64,000 bases of DNA from Octopus vulgaris (taxonomy: Eukaryota). The DNA lies in contig OX597819.1 in the NCBI GenBank assembly GCA_951406725.2, positions 105,524,001-105,588,000 of the forward strand, in the 5' to 3' direction. Under the pieces are notes generated by a model that was given only the letters and a program-made list of their open reading frames with translations, ran no database searches and was not told the origin of the DNA. Positions 26,663 to 38,810 of this stretch are shown here, in pieces; the stretch's first letter is position 1, and each line of letters starts with the position of its first letter. A program made the position numbers and the translations under genes.

Positions 26663-27699
26663 CATTTACAGTCCATAGATTCAAATTCATTTACAAATTA
26701 ACAAATCAGAAAATCATCATTAGGCTGTTAATCAATATGAATTTATATAAAATTAAAATGCATTTAAGCATGTGACACTCTGGTAACAAGATGATTATTT
26801 AAAGAAGTAAAGTTTCAACACGATACGCTGTACAAAGAAGGTTTGTCATCATGGGTGAAGTGGCTTCCTTGTTTGCTAAAGAAAGTTCCTTTTTTATATC
26901 AAGAAGTTACTTTTTCTTATATCAAATACACAGAAAAGTAAAGCCAATCTGACAAGTGCAGAATCTAAGAAAATGTTACCAAGCTAAAATCTACAAAGTG
27001 CCTAGTTTATGTGAACTCTAATACTCATAGATTGCACGTATGTGATAACTATTGGGACATTTGCCATAGTTTTTCTAAGGTTTAGTTGGAGAAGGAAGGG
27101 CAACATGACTGACCTTTTACAGGGTCTCTGAAACAAGTGAGTGGTAGTTATACTCAGATCGAAGATCTGCTTCGAATGCTCGCAATAGTTAAAGGCACCT
27201 AAAGACCAGGTGTTAAACTGGGTGATAGGTTAAATGTATCTTCCCAATTTAGGAATGGTCTATACATCTGGCTTTTAAATTTCACCCACAAAGTGTTGGT
27301 TGAGTCTGAGGCTATGGTAAAAGACTTCTGTCAAAGATGATGTGTACTGCGATTGAAATGGAAGCCATGTAGTTGCAAAGGAAACTTCTAAACTACTTTG
27401 TGAATATTCCCATGAACTTACACTTTGTATAATTTTATATTTTACTTATTTCTCTTCATCTTGTGGATATTTTTTCTTTTGTTAAGTTTTCTTTTGTTTT
27501 TTTATTTTAATATAAAATCCTCCGTTTGCAATCTGCTTTAGTAATTTCCTGTTTGCATTCTATGTTCAAGTACCGCATAAGCCAAATTTGGCTTTCATCC
27601 TTCCACAGGCTATAAAATAAAGTACCATCAAAGTACTAGGATTGATATATTCGATTGTCCTCTTCTAATTTAGAGGCCTTGTGCTCATGTGAGAAATAA

Positions 27700-29000
27700 T
27701 TATTATTCAATTCTAGACAGATGTGTGCAGTTCGAGCAGTACATTGTCTTATTTTAAGGGAGTAGCAGTGAATTTGTGACTTTAACGACTTTTTTGATGG
27801 CCTGTTGCAGTTCTTGGCAGAAGAGGAGAATGAAAATCTGATTACAGCGAGTGGTTTTGTGAAGGAGAAATCATTTGATTTGGATGGAATCTAGCAAACG
27901 TGCTTTGTGGAAACATGACAGGCTTTTCAAGCTTCTCTTGGAATACACCTAAAACAACTGGATGTGTGTGGTGTTGCTACTGAGGAAGGACAAAGAGTGG
28001 GGAATCATCGATAATTTCTGACCCGTAGCTCTACTTAGTCTATGGTTTTGGTCAAGGTGTCGAGGAAAAGCTTGGCTTTTGTCATCAGGAGCATGGAGAC
28101 TTGTGTGATTCTCAACAAATCTGTCCACTGCACCATCCTTCTGATCCAATACATTTTAGAGAAGGAGACTAATAAAACTGAGTTTGGTGGTAAGTTAATC
28201 AGCCTGGATCAATTAGAAGTTTTCAATTGATTTGATCATCATTACTTAGAAAGTGTCTTCAGTGTCGCCAACTTTTGTCCTGTTTTCAGTGGTTGGATCA
28301 TTCCAATCTACAGAATAAAGCTCTGTGGTCAGACTAAATGATCTCCTATAAGAACCGTTTTGAAAACACATTGGCTTCTATAAAGCTGTCTTCTCACATA
28401 TTTCCTGTACGTTTTCATTCATGCTGAGGAAGCCAGTAGTGTTGATGAGCGTCCTTATTGAGCAGGGATCGTAGGAAGACCACAATGGCATAGGTTCGAC
28501 TCTATGGAAATCAAGGTGGTCGATACCTTACTTAAAAAATACGAGGTATTGACTGGAACGAGGACAAATCAGTGTATTTCCAGTTTGGTACCTGGAGACG
28601 CAATTCCACGGTAACCGGTGTCAAGGCTCACCGGACCAACGGTCCTGTTAAGATGATCAAGGTTTGTTTGGGCCAGAACACCAGAAGAATAGCAACCAGG
28701 GTGAAGTTACGACGAGTGTGGCCAGTTTTTCCCAGAAAATGAATTGAAAGTAATTTATCTCATATTTTACTGGCATCTCAAATGTTGTCAGACGTTCACG
28801 GTTTTCTGTCAATCGGGTAATGCAGCGGGTGTTATGTCAACAACTGCATTCTGTTATGGTCGGTTGAAACAATGAAGGCGTTCTCAGGATAATTCTCAGA
28901 GCCAATAAATTATAGCCGAATTATTTATTTCGGAAGATTTCAATTACTTTTAGACAATTTCTAGAAATCTCTAGCCCAGTAATACTTACAGGGGAGTAGA
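27700..29000 (+). mobile_element. Decayed Tx1/L1-clade LINE reverse-transcriptase fragment
   Basis: VLVKV...LAFVI..METCVILNKSVH...LIQYILE...GGKLISLDQLEVFN.FDHHYL resembles LAKVL..RL...QTC.IPGRSI.DN...LDQ.KAFDRVDH.YL. Heavily mutated. Confidence 0.7.
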
Positions 29001-30374
29001 GGACATTACTAATTCAGGATAAACTCTAATTTACTGAAACATGTGAGAGAATGACGAGTTTGTCTAGTTTGTCAGTATATTCCTGCAGAGCAGAGTACGC
29101 AGCTTGGAGAAGGTATTTGGCCTTAGCAGTGAGAGTATTCCCGGTCCTTGATTGGCTCCAAGTAGCCCTCCCTCTATTAAGATGATTATTTTTTTCTATA
29201 CTGTTGTTTTCCACGTCTGTTGCTTTTTTAAAATCGATACAGTGTAACTCTCCGTCATTTCGCAATTCCTCATAGTAATTAATCCTTCATATGTCGTCTT
29301 AGTGGTAAAACACAGAACTTGTTGCCTTGGCAAAGAATAGCAGAATTGATAGCTGTCATTACATGTTCCATAATTGGCGAATCGTTGGAATATCGGACAA
29401 AATGCTTTGCACTATTTATTCTGGTTCTGTAAGTTCTGAACCAAAATTCCGTAACGGTCGACTTTGTCTTTCATTTCTTTGGGGTTGATAAAGTAAAGTA
29501 CTCAAAATTGCTGACCTTCTGTATAAATTAGAAACAAATATATGTTCAATTAAAATTGACTGTTATCAACATGTTTAATTAAATACAAAGTATATAATTT
29601 AATTAGTTTTGAAATGATGGCCTTCATAGAACGGCACAGAAGTATTTAAGGGGAGGTAAATCTAGAAATACTTTAATTTAATAATACTTTGGTTATCTCC
29701 CTTGAAACACATTCTGGAATTCTGGAATCATCAGATCAATCGAACTTCTAAAGACACTATAAGACCACAACGTGCAATTTTTTCCGTTATCTACATCATT
29801 TTCAGTTCTTGTTTGTAAAACCTTTTATCGTATGTCTCCATCTCCTTCTTGGTTACCCTTTTTTGTCTTTACCCTACCATCATTCCGAATTTAATTTTTC
29901 TATTTTATTGTGGACCCTTGTCTAATGCAAAATACATTTTTGGACGTCCCGTGATTGTGTTATATAACACTAAATTTCCTTCTAAATTTCATGTAGAATT
30001 CAATCCTAGGTACATCTGTTAACCCTCGAATACCTCCTCATTATTTTTCTGCACCATATTTTAAAGGTGTCTATTCCGTTTTTGTAACCAGTTCTTAATC
30101 AGGTTACTGCTTTTCTATTGAGACGTTCCGCCCCTTCAAAGATGTAATTCAATCAAGTTGTTTTTGTTTTACCCATTCTTCTCTTTATCATTCGTGTAAT
30201 CTGCATCTATAGAAATCATAGCTCCAATAATGCATACATGCATACACACATGCACACACACATACACACACACATACACACACACACACACACATACACA
30301 ACACATACATACATGCATACATACATACATACATACATACATACATACATACATACATACATACATACATACAT

Positions 30375-30632
30375 AAGCTAAAGATCAGTGAAAAAGAGAA
30401 CACCTATGCTGAACTATTGAGAAATTTTCAGTTATTTTATCTAGATTACAAATTCAGGTTTATACCTGTAATTATTGAGGCCCTGGAATATGAAACCCAC
30501 TGCCTAAATACCACTCTTGAGAAATTAAGCTTCTCAAAACCAGAAAGGCGAAAGCTAATTCGAGGACTGCAGATCCAGTCCATCACTAGAACTGTAGAGA
30601 ACTGTAAAACTTTCCAGAAGCTTATCATTTAA
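30375..30632 (+). mobile_element. 3' fragment of a LINE with a restriction-like endonuclease (R4/NeSL/CRE-type)
   Basis: KISEKENTYAELL...FIPVIIEAL...LEKLSF...LIRGLQIQSI resembles K..KY..L...P.IIGALG...LQ...L.G. Embedded in (TACA)n. Confidence 0.65.
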
Positions 30633-30852
30633 GTACATATGTGCATGTCTAGATATGCAACTATATGCATGAGAATACATACATTAAACATACAAATCTG
30701 CACATACATACATACATACATACATACATACATACATACATACATACATACATACATACATACATACCTACATACATACATACATACATACATACATACA
30801 TACATACATACATACACTTACAAGCACACATGCATACACACATTTATGTATA

Positions 30853-31058
30853 CGAAGAGGTGCTGAAAAGTTCCTGGCTTTAAGGGTCTGGCGAAAGACC
30901 TGGCTGGAGGCCAGCCTTCCGAGTTCTTTTACAGGGCTTAGAAAAACTGAAGAACCGCTTCAAAAAGTGTGTGAAACTAAGAGGAGAATATTGAATAAAA
31001 TCATAATTAACTGATCCTTCTGTATTTTCCTTTACTCAAAGTCAGGGGATTTTCAGCA

Positions 31059-31062
<4 letters not shown>
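30853..31062. mobile_element. Mariner-derived MITE
   Basis: Imperfect TIRs gaggtgctgaaaagttcctggcttt / aaagtcaggggattttcagcactct, preceded by TA. Confidence 0.7.
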
Positions 31063-31090
<28 letters not shown>

Positions 31091-31739
31091 TGTGTGTGTG
31101 TGTTGCTATATAATAGAGGTGTAACGGTATAAAAAATATAACTGTGAACATATAATAGAGTTTATAATTGTTTAAATGGGGACGTAGTTACAACCTTTTC
31201 AGTTTTCTTTGGTTGGTTAAAATAGAATTGTCTGCTTGGTCAGAGCTCAAAATATTTGTCTTTTTTTATGATATTTACAAAGAGACCGACTTTTTATTTC
31301 AGCATTGATGAATACTTTTTTATAACGCTTTTAGATCAACTTCTTTTCTACTATTAGTTCAGTATCATCTGAATATTTGAGGTTGTTGATGTTCCACCTG
31401 TCAATATTTATTCCAGTATTCGTTCCAGTGTTTTAGAGGTGTTGTGTTGGACATGAAACTGGACGTTAATGATTCTCCCGACGGCCTGTCGCAGGCCGTG
31501 TAAAAAGACAAGTAACGAAAAGTTGACAAGGCAGCATTATTAATGAAATTTTTTGGTACTGCTTTCACGTTCTTTCTTAGTTGGTATTTAATTTTTCTTC
31601 TTCGAGTTTTAATTCTAATTTTTATTTGTGTAGGGAGATGCTCACGACCACATCTGCAGTCAACACCTGGTGTGATAGTTGCTACATGAGTCATTATTTC
31701 CCATATCTATCTATCTATCTGTCTGGCTGTCTTGAAAAA

Positions 31740-32060
31740 GCGCATGGTTCAGTGGTTACAGCATCGGGCTCATAATCATGAGGTAGTGAGTTCATTCCTG
31801 GACTGGGCTGTGTTGTCTTCTTGAGCAAGACACTTTATTTCACATTGCTTTAGTTCACTCAGCTGTAGAAATGAGTTGCAACGTCACTGGTATCAAGCTG
31901 CATCGGACATTGCCTTCTTCTTGGATAACATCGCTGGCGTGCAGAGAGGAGGCTGGTATGCATGGGCAACTGCTAGTCTTCCATAAGCAACCTTGCCTGG
32001 ACTTGTGCCTAAGGGGGGAATTTCTAGGTGCAATCCCATGGTCATTCATAACCGAAGAGA
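31740..32060 (+). mobile_element. tRNA-derived SINE family D
   Basis: gcgcatggttcagtggtta...tgagttc. A better-preserved copy lies at 41170-41505. Confidence 0.75.
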
Positions 32061-32140
32061 GTATTTACTCTTCTCTCTCTCTCTCTATCGATCTATTTGT
32101 CTGTCTGTCTATCTGTCATAGATACATACATACATACACG

Positions 32141-32173
<33 letters not shown>

Positions 32174-32343
32174 GCATAGCTATGTGGTAAGAAGCTTGCT
32201 TCCTAACCACATGGTTCCGGGTTCAGTCCGACTGCGTGGCACCTTAGGCAAGTGTCTTCTGCTATAGACTCGAGTCGACTAAAGACTTGTCAGTGAATTT
32301 GGTAGAAGGAAACTGAAAGAAGTTCGTCGTATAAATATGTATG

Positions 32344-32388
<45 letters not shown>

Positions 32389-32484
32389 GGGAAGATTTAT
32401 GAAAAAAAACAAAAGACGAAGGCAGGTGGAAAACAAACGAACAATTGTATTAGTATGGCGCTCAGGAAATATAAATAAAACAAG

Positions 32485-32522
32485 TCTTTAACGTTTCGAG
32501 CCTACGCTCTTCAACAGAAGGA
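32485..32522 (-). ncRNA. Minimal hammerhead-like motif with variant core, in a non-coding repeat
   Basis: Minus strand: uccuu CUGUUGA a gagc guag gcuc GAAA cg UU aaaga. Confidence 0.45.
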
Positions 32523-32679
32523 TACACAGAGAGAAAAAAACACAGAAAGAAGGAGAGAAAAAAAAATGCGTGCAGTAGCTAACGAATCAACATGGCGATC
32601 TGATTTCGGCCAGAGGTCAAAGATCAAACATGAGACGCGAGAGCGAAATAAGGGGAGATAATAGGGTTGAGGGACCAGC

Positions 32680-33010
32680 TAATAGTGCGTAGGAGGGGTC
32701 TGGATGTGTGTATGTATAGGGTTGGTGTATGTATTAGTATGTATAAGGGTGTGTGTGTGTGTATGAGAGAGTATTAGTGCGTAGGATTGGTCTGGACGTG
32801 CGTATGTATGGGGTTGGTGTATGTATTAGTATGTATTAGTATGTATTAGTACGTATTAGTATGTATAAGTGTGTGTGTGTGTGTATGAGAGAGTATAAGT
32901 GCGTATGCGGGGTCTGGACATGTGTATGAATAGGGTTGGTGTATGTATTAGTATGTACTAGTATGTATTAGTACGTATTAGTATGTATTAGTTGGTGTAT
33001 GTATTAGTAT
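32680..33010. repeat. Compound minisatellite
   Basis: (tatgtattag)n nested in about three larger units containing ggtctgga.gtg.gtatg.ata.ggttggtgtatgtattag. Confidence 0.8.
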
Positions 33011-33221
33011 GGCACCTCATATGTGATGTGATGTGTAAAGTCATGTGGTGTAGTGAGGAGAAGAGGGGGAGGGGGAGAAGGGGAGGGGAAGAAGAGGGGG
33101 AGGAGAGGGGGGAAGAGGAGAGGATGGGGAAGAAGGAAGGGGAGGAGGAGGGATGAAGGAGGAAAGAGGGAGAGGGGGAGAGAGAAGGGGAGAGAGGGAG
33201 TGAGTATATATATATATATAA

Positions 33222-33256
<35 letters not shown>

Positions 33257-33594
33257 CGTGCATGTGTGTGCGTATGTTTGTGTGTCTGTATTTGTTCCCC
33301 CACCGTCGCTTGACAACCGATGTTGGTGTGTTTACATCCCCGTAACTTAGCGGTTCGGCCTAAGTGACCGATAGAATAAGTACTAGGCTTTCAAAGAATA
33401 AGTCCTGGGGTCGATGTGCTCGACTAAAGGCGGTGCTCCAGCATGGCTGCATTCAAATGACTGAAACAAGTAAAAGAATAAAAGAAAAAATATATATAAT
33501 GTACTGATCCGCGATAATAAATTCAACAAAAAATGTGCTCAATCTGGTGAGAGAGAAATGTTATTTATTTAAAGGTCACAATACATATATTAAA

Positions 33595-33647
33595 GCGCTA
33601 CTAATAGTTTTATATGTTGAGAAAACTCAAACATATTCTTCAGGCGC
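33595..33647 (-). ncRNA. Minimal type-I hammerhead ribozyme motif with one core substitution
   Basis: Minus strand: GCGC CUGAAGA AUAUG(U)UUGAG uuuu CUCAACAUAU aAAA CUAUUAG UA GCGC. All three stems form, but AAAA replaces GAAA. Confidence 0.6.
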
Positions 33648-33890
33648 AAACCACATATCATAACGAACTAAAGAAATTAAATAATAGAAGGAACACGAAA
33701 AATCAGTATCTCAAATCGAAATTGTTAACTATTTCACCATAATGCATTCGCATTTTAAATATTTGTAGCAATGTGGTAGAATTGTTAAAGCCTCCATAAA
33801 AATGTTAAGGGGAATAACTTTGTAATATTTGAAAGAGTTATTTCCCCTAACAGTTATTCATGCTGAATGATGTGTGTATTCAAGAGAAAA

Positions 33891-34655
33891 AGGCGGCGAG
33901 CTGGCAGAAACGTTAGCACGCCGGGCGAAATGCGTAGCCGTATTTCGTCTGCAGTTACGTTCTGAGTTCAAATTCCGCCGAGGTCGACTTTGCCTTTCAT
34001 CCTTTCGGGGTCGATTAAATAAGCACGAGTTACGCACTGGGGTCGATGTCATTGAGTTAATCCATTTGTGTGTTCTTGTTTGTCCCCTCTGTGTTTAGCA
34101 CCTTGTGGGTAGTAAAGAAATAGGTATTTTATCTGCCGTTACGTTCTGAGTTCAATTTCCGCCGAGGTCGACTTCGCCTTTTATCTTTTCGGGGTCGCTT
34201 AAATAAGTACCAGTTACGCACTGGGGTCGATATAATCGACTTAATCCGTTTGTTTGTCCTTGTTTGTCCTCTCTGTCTTTAGCCCATTGTGGGTAGTAAA
34301 GAAATAGGTATTTCGCCTGCCGCTACGTTCTGAGTTCAAATTCCGCCGAGTCGACTTTGCCTTTCATCCTTTCGGGGTCGATTAAATAAGCACCAGTTAC
34401 GCACTGGGGTCGATGCAATCGACTTAATCCGTTTGTCTGTCCTTGTTTGTCCCCTCTGTGTTTAACCCCTTGTGGGTAGTAAAGAAATAGGTATCTCGTC
34501 TGTCTCCACGTTCTGAGTACCAATTCCGCCGAGGTTGACTTTGCCCTTCATCCTTTCGATAAAATAAGTACTAGTTGAGTACTGGGGTAGATGTAATCGA
34601 CTATCCCCCCTCCCCCAAATTGCAGGCCTTGTCCATATCAGTAGAAAAGATTATT
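33891..34655 (+). repeat. Family B SINE multimer: one head, three ~184-bp units and a fourth unit with a different tail
   Basis: Units start at about 33940, 34124, 34308 and 34491. Each junction reads ...gtagtaaagaaatag|gtat.t. Confidence 0.9.
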
Positions 34656-36404
34656 GAATAGAAAACGAAGGCTGAAAATCATAATCTCAGGCTATATACA
34701 GTCTAGAAACAGTCTGTAGAATAGTAATAGCAAGTGAAATAAATAGAAGCTGTAGAACTTATTCTATTGAAGCGGGTTTTTTTTACCCAATATTCCACAT
34801 GCTATTATTTATTATTGCAAAGGCGACGAACTGTCAGACTCGTTACTGTGTCGGCTAAATTGCTTAGCGGCATTTCTTCCGACTCATTACGTTCTGAGTT
34901 CAAATCCCGCTTAGGTTATCTTTGCCCTTTATCCTTGCGTGACCGATAAAATGAAGTACCAGTCAAGTACGGGTGTCGATGTAATCGACTAACCCACCCC
35001 AACAAGTTGCTGGCCGTGTACCAACATTTGAAACCATTATTTATAATTGTGTCAAAGCGAATGGCTTAGTGGTTAGGGTGTTGCACTCATGATCATAAGC
35101 TTGCGGTTTTGACCCCTGGGCCAGGCGATGCCTAATGCTCATGAGTAAATCACTTCATTTCACGTTGCCCGACCACTCAGCTAAAGTAATCCTTTCATGG
35201 GCCGGCTCCCGACTTGGGGGAAATATATACGCTACGGAATCTGGGAAACAGCCGTATGAGCAAGTGGCTTGAGAAAGACTTTTCGTCCTTTTTAATTTAT
35301 AATTGTAATTATTTTGTTTATACAAAGTAGAAGATGCCAAATATATGTAAAAGAGATGATTAGTTGTTCATGAACCTCCTACGAGAGTCAGTAAAGAGAA
35401 GCATTTTCAGCTTTTGATCGAAATTTACAACTCTTGGCCAATATACATAATTCAAATTTCCCATAACTCATACTTTAAAAAAAATTTGGAATCAATCCGT
35501 TATTCTGCTTCTAATATCTTCCATTATTATTCAATCACAGAAGAATGAAAACGAATATAAAACATTAGCTTCAAATTTTGACACAAGCCCAGCAGTTGTG
35601 GGGGAAGAGTGGCATTTATTTTAACGATCTCGAAAGTATGAAAAGCAAAGTGGACCATGGTGGAATTTGAACTCAGAACGTAAAGGCTGACGAAATGTCG
35701 CTAAACGGTTTTCTTGGCGTGCTAACGATTCTGCTAACTCATCGCCTTAAACTAATGACGGACAAAATACCGCTAAGCATTTGGTCCTGATTGGTAACGG
35801 TTCTGCCAGCTCGCTATCTTACAATATTGGTTTCAAATTTTGGCACAAGGCCAGCAAGGGGTGAGGGTAAGTCGATTACATCGACCCCAGTGCTCAACTG
35901 GTACTTATTTTATCGACCCCGAAAAGATGACAGGCAAAGTCGACCTTGGCGGAAGAATATAAAACGTATTGATTGAGATTTCTATAGCCAATATTTGATT
36001 TTTTTCTCACATTTTTTTTGTTGGGTTTCTAGGAAGTGCTCATCACCTTTGTAGGATCGTCGAGATTGGCGAGGTTCATATCATTAATGTTCTGTTTAGG
36101 CTCTTACAGGTCAATGCAGGGAACACATGTGATGATTCCAGAGGATTGATACTCTGAGGAGCAAAAATTGCGCTTACAATGTTGTGCGTGGTGGAATGGG
36201 TGGGTGGGGGAGAAACAAGAGGATGGGAGTGCCTAAGGTCAGGAGTGGTGGGTACGAGACCAGCTAGTTCTGAAGAACAGACGCCTTTAAAGTAGCTATT
36301 ATAAGGATTGTGTGTCGTAGTTTATCATTATGAAATGCTCCTTTGTTTTGCTGGTCCGGCTGCAACATCTCTGCCTTTCTGTTCTTAATATACTTTGATA
36401 TTAT

Positions 36405-36677
36405 GCATACATACATACGTACATACATACATACATACATATATACATACATACATACGTATATATACACAATACATATATTCTTTCATACACACATACA
36501 CACATACACACATACATACATACATACATACATGCATACATGCATACATACATACATACATACATACATACATACATACATACGTATATATACACAATAC
36601 ATATATTCTTTCATACACACATACACACATACACACATACATACATACATACATACATACATACATACATACATACA
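36405..36677. repeat. (TACA)n compound repeat with a ~124-bp tandem duplication
   Basis: cgtatatatacacaatacatatattctttcatacacacatac occurs twice. Confidence 0.85.
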
Positions 36678-37351
36678 CTCGCGCACATATACGTGTATAT
36701 TTACTTATATCTTTTATATTTTAATTGTTTGATTCGTTGGATTGCAGCCATGCTGGGGCATCATCTTGAAGGAAGCAGATGGACACAGTACTTATTTTAA
36801 GTCAGGTACTTATTATTCTATCTGTCTCCTTTGCCGAACCGCTAGTTTACGGGGACGTAAACAAACCAACACTGGTTGTCAAGCTGTGTTTGAAGACAAA
36901 CAAACACAAACACACACGTATATACCTATACATACATATTTATAACAGGCATCTACATAGCTTCCATCTACCAAATTCACTCTCAAGATATTGGCTGGAT
37001 TGGTGCTACAGCAGAAGACACTTGCCCAAGGTGCCCCGCAGTGAGACTGAACCACGTAGTCGTAAATTGAGTTTCTTATTCACATACATTCAGTATGTGA
37101 TAACCATCGGAAAAAAATTACGGAAGCTACATTAATTTATTCTTACTGTCTGTCAACTTTGGTTTTTATTACCACAAGATCTTTGATATAATTTGCTGTT
37201 AACTAAATTAAAATATCATGCAGTGGTTTAGATTTTCTGAACAAAATGAATGTTGGGCAAGTTTCTTAAGGGCATTTTATATATAAGAAATGTATAAATA
37301 CGAGAATGGCTGGCTAAATTTTTGGTTTTGATTATTTAATAATAATGATAA

Positions 37352-37942
37352 ATGCGCCCTTTTAAAGCCTAGCCAGGCTCGTGGACCCGGTTTCCCGGTT
37401 TCAATGGCGTATGTGTTCCCCAGCTGGATGGGACGCCAGTCCATCGCAGCGTTACTCATTTTTGCCAGCTGAGTGGACTGTAGCAACGTGAAATGAAGTG
37501 TTTTGCTCACGAACACAACGCGTCGCCCAGTCCAGGAATCGAAACCACAATCTTACGATCATGATGCTGACACCCTAACCACTTTGATTATTTAGTGAGT
37601 GATATTAGAAATAATACTCTCTCATATCTCTTTACTCTTTTACTTGTTTCAGTCATTTGACTGAGGCCATACTGGAGCACCGCCTTTAATCGAGCAAATC
37701 GTCCCCGGGACTTATTCTTTGTAAGCCCAGTACTTATTCTATCGGTCTCTTTTGCCGGGGACGTAAACACACCAGCACAAACACACACATACATACAGAT
37801 ATATATATACATATATACGACAGGCTTCTTTCAGTTTCCGTCTACCAAATCCACTCACAAGGCATTGGTCGGCCCGGGGCTATAGCAGATGCCACGCAGT
37901 GGGACTGAACCCGGAACTTACCACACTGCCACTCCTGCGCCT
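37352..37942 (-). mobile_element. Adjacent SINEs (C/D-type at 37352-37580, family A at 37628-37942)
   Basis: tRNA-like heads and family tails recognisable. Confidence 0.75.
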
Positions 37943-38378
37943 ACAGATTTATCCCGACAAAATTACTTTAATAAGATTAAAATTCCTCATTGATAAGTTT
38001 TAATGCGTCAATCTATTTAAGATCGGTAATTTATCAACGGCAGTAGAACATAATAACGGTTTGTTTTTCAGGAAATGGAATCAATAACAAATTTAGTCAG
38101 GACTACAACAGGAACACTGCTGGGAATTGGCCTCTGTTATTCTTGATTCCGAGAGTCTTGTGATAAAAAATTCTCTCCTTATAATTACGCCCACACCCAC
38201 TCACAGCCGCCTTCTCAGGCTTGAAAGAAAAGTTTCATCCTTTATATTGCTTCATCGAAATCTGCCTTCTGGGGCTCTCTTCCTTGTTGTTTTTTTTTTT
38301 TTTTACCTCTGATAGATATAAGCTTAGTTACTTAAAACACATTTTTTATTTATCACTTCATGATTTTTAGGTCAGCAT

Positions 38379-38396
38379 CACACACACACACACTTT

Positions 38397-38485
<89 letters not shown>

Positions 38486-38487
38486 TT

Positions 38488-38525
<38 letters not shown>

Positions 38526-38810
38526 TTTCTCTCTCTCTCTCTTACACACACACACTCACACACACTTTCTCTCTCTCTCTTACACACACACTTTCTCTCT
38601 CTCTCTTACACACACACTCACACACACTTTCTCTCTCTCTCTCTCTTACACACACACACACTTTCTCTCTCTCTCTTACACGCACACACTCTCTCTCTCT
38701 CACACACACACACCCTCTCTCACACACGCGCACACTCTGTCTCTCACACACACTCAAATACACACACTCAGATACACACACACTCACCCACATGCACAAA
38801 CACACACACC
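38379..38810. repeat. Higher-order (CA)n/(CT)n satellite
   Basis: Repeated unit ta(ca)n ctt(tc)n t. Confidence 0.9.

Larger units (their letters stand above)
32178..33483 (+). mobile_element. SINE family A split by an insertion into its internal (TA)n
   Basis: 5' half at 32178-32330, 3' half at about 33280-33483. Insert at about 32388-33200. Confidence 0.75.

Noticed and set aside
27108-27142. 14-nt plus-strand micro-exon (ttttacag|GGTCTCTGAAACAA|gtgagt)
   Set aside because: The splice signals are good, but there is no plus-strand gene to attach it to and such matches occur by chance.
29026-29265. 79-aa ORF with ordinary composition
   Set aside because: No recognisable motif or splice context, and it lies next to decayed LINE sequence.
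33891-34655. CRISPR-like array
   Set aside because: The units repeat in full with no unique spacers, derive from a SINE, and have no cas genes nearby in a eukaryotic context.
36129-36157. Box C (TGATGA) and box D (CTGA) pair
   Set aside because: Only about 20 nt apart with no terminal stem, too short for a C/D snoRNA.
38058-38165. Strong-looking plus-strand acceptor tttgtttttcag|GAAATGG
   Set aside because: All three frames stop within about 30 codons, no partner exons were found, and no protein is recognisable.
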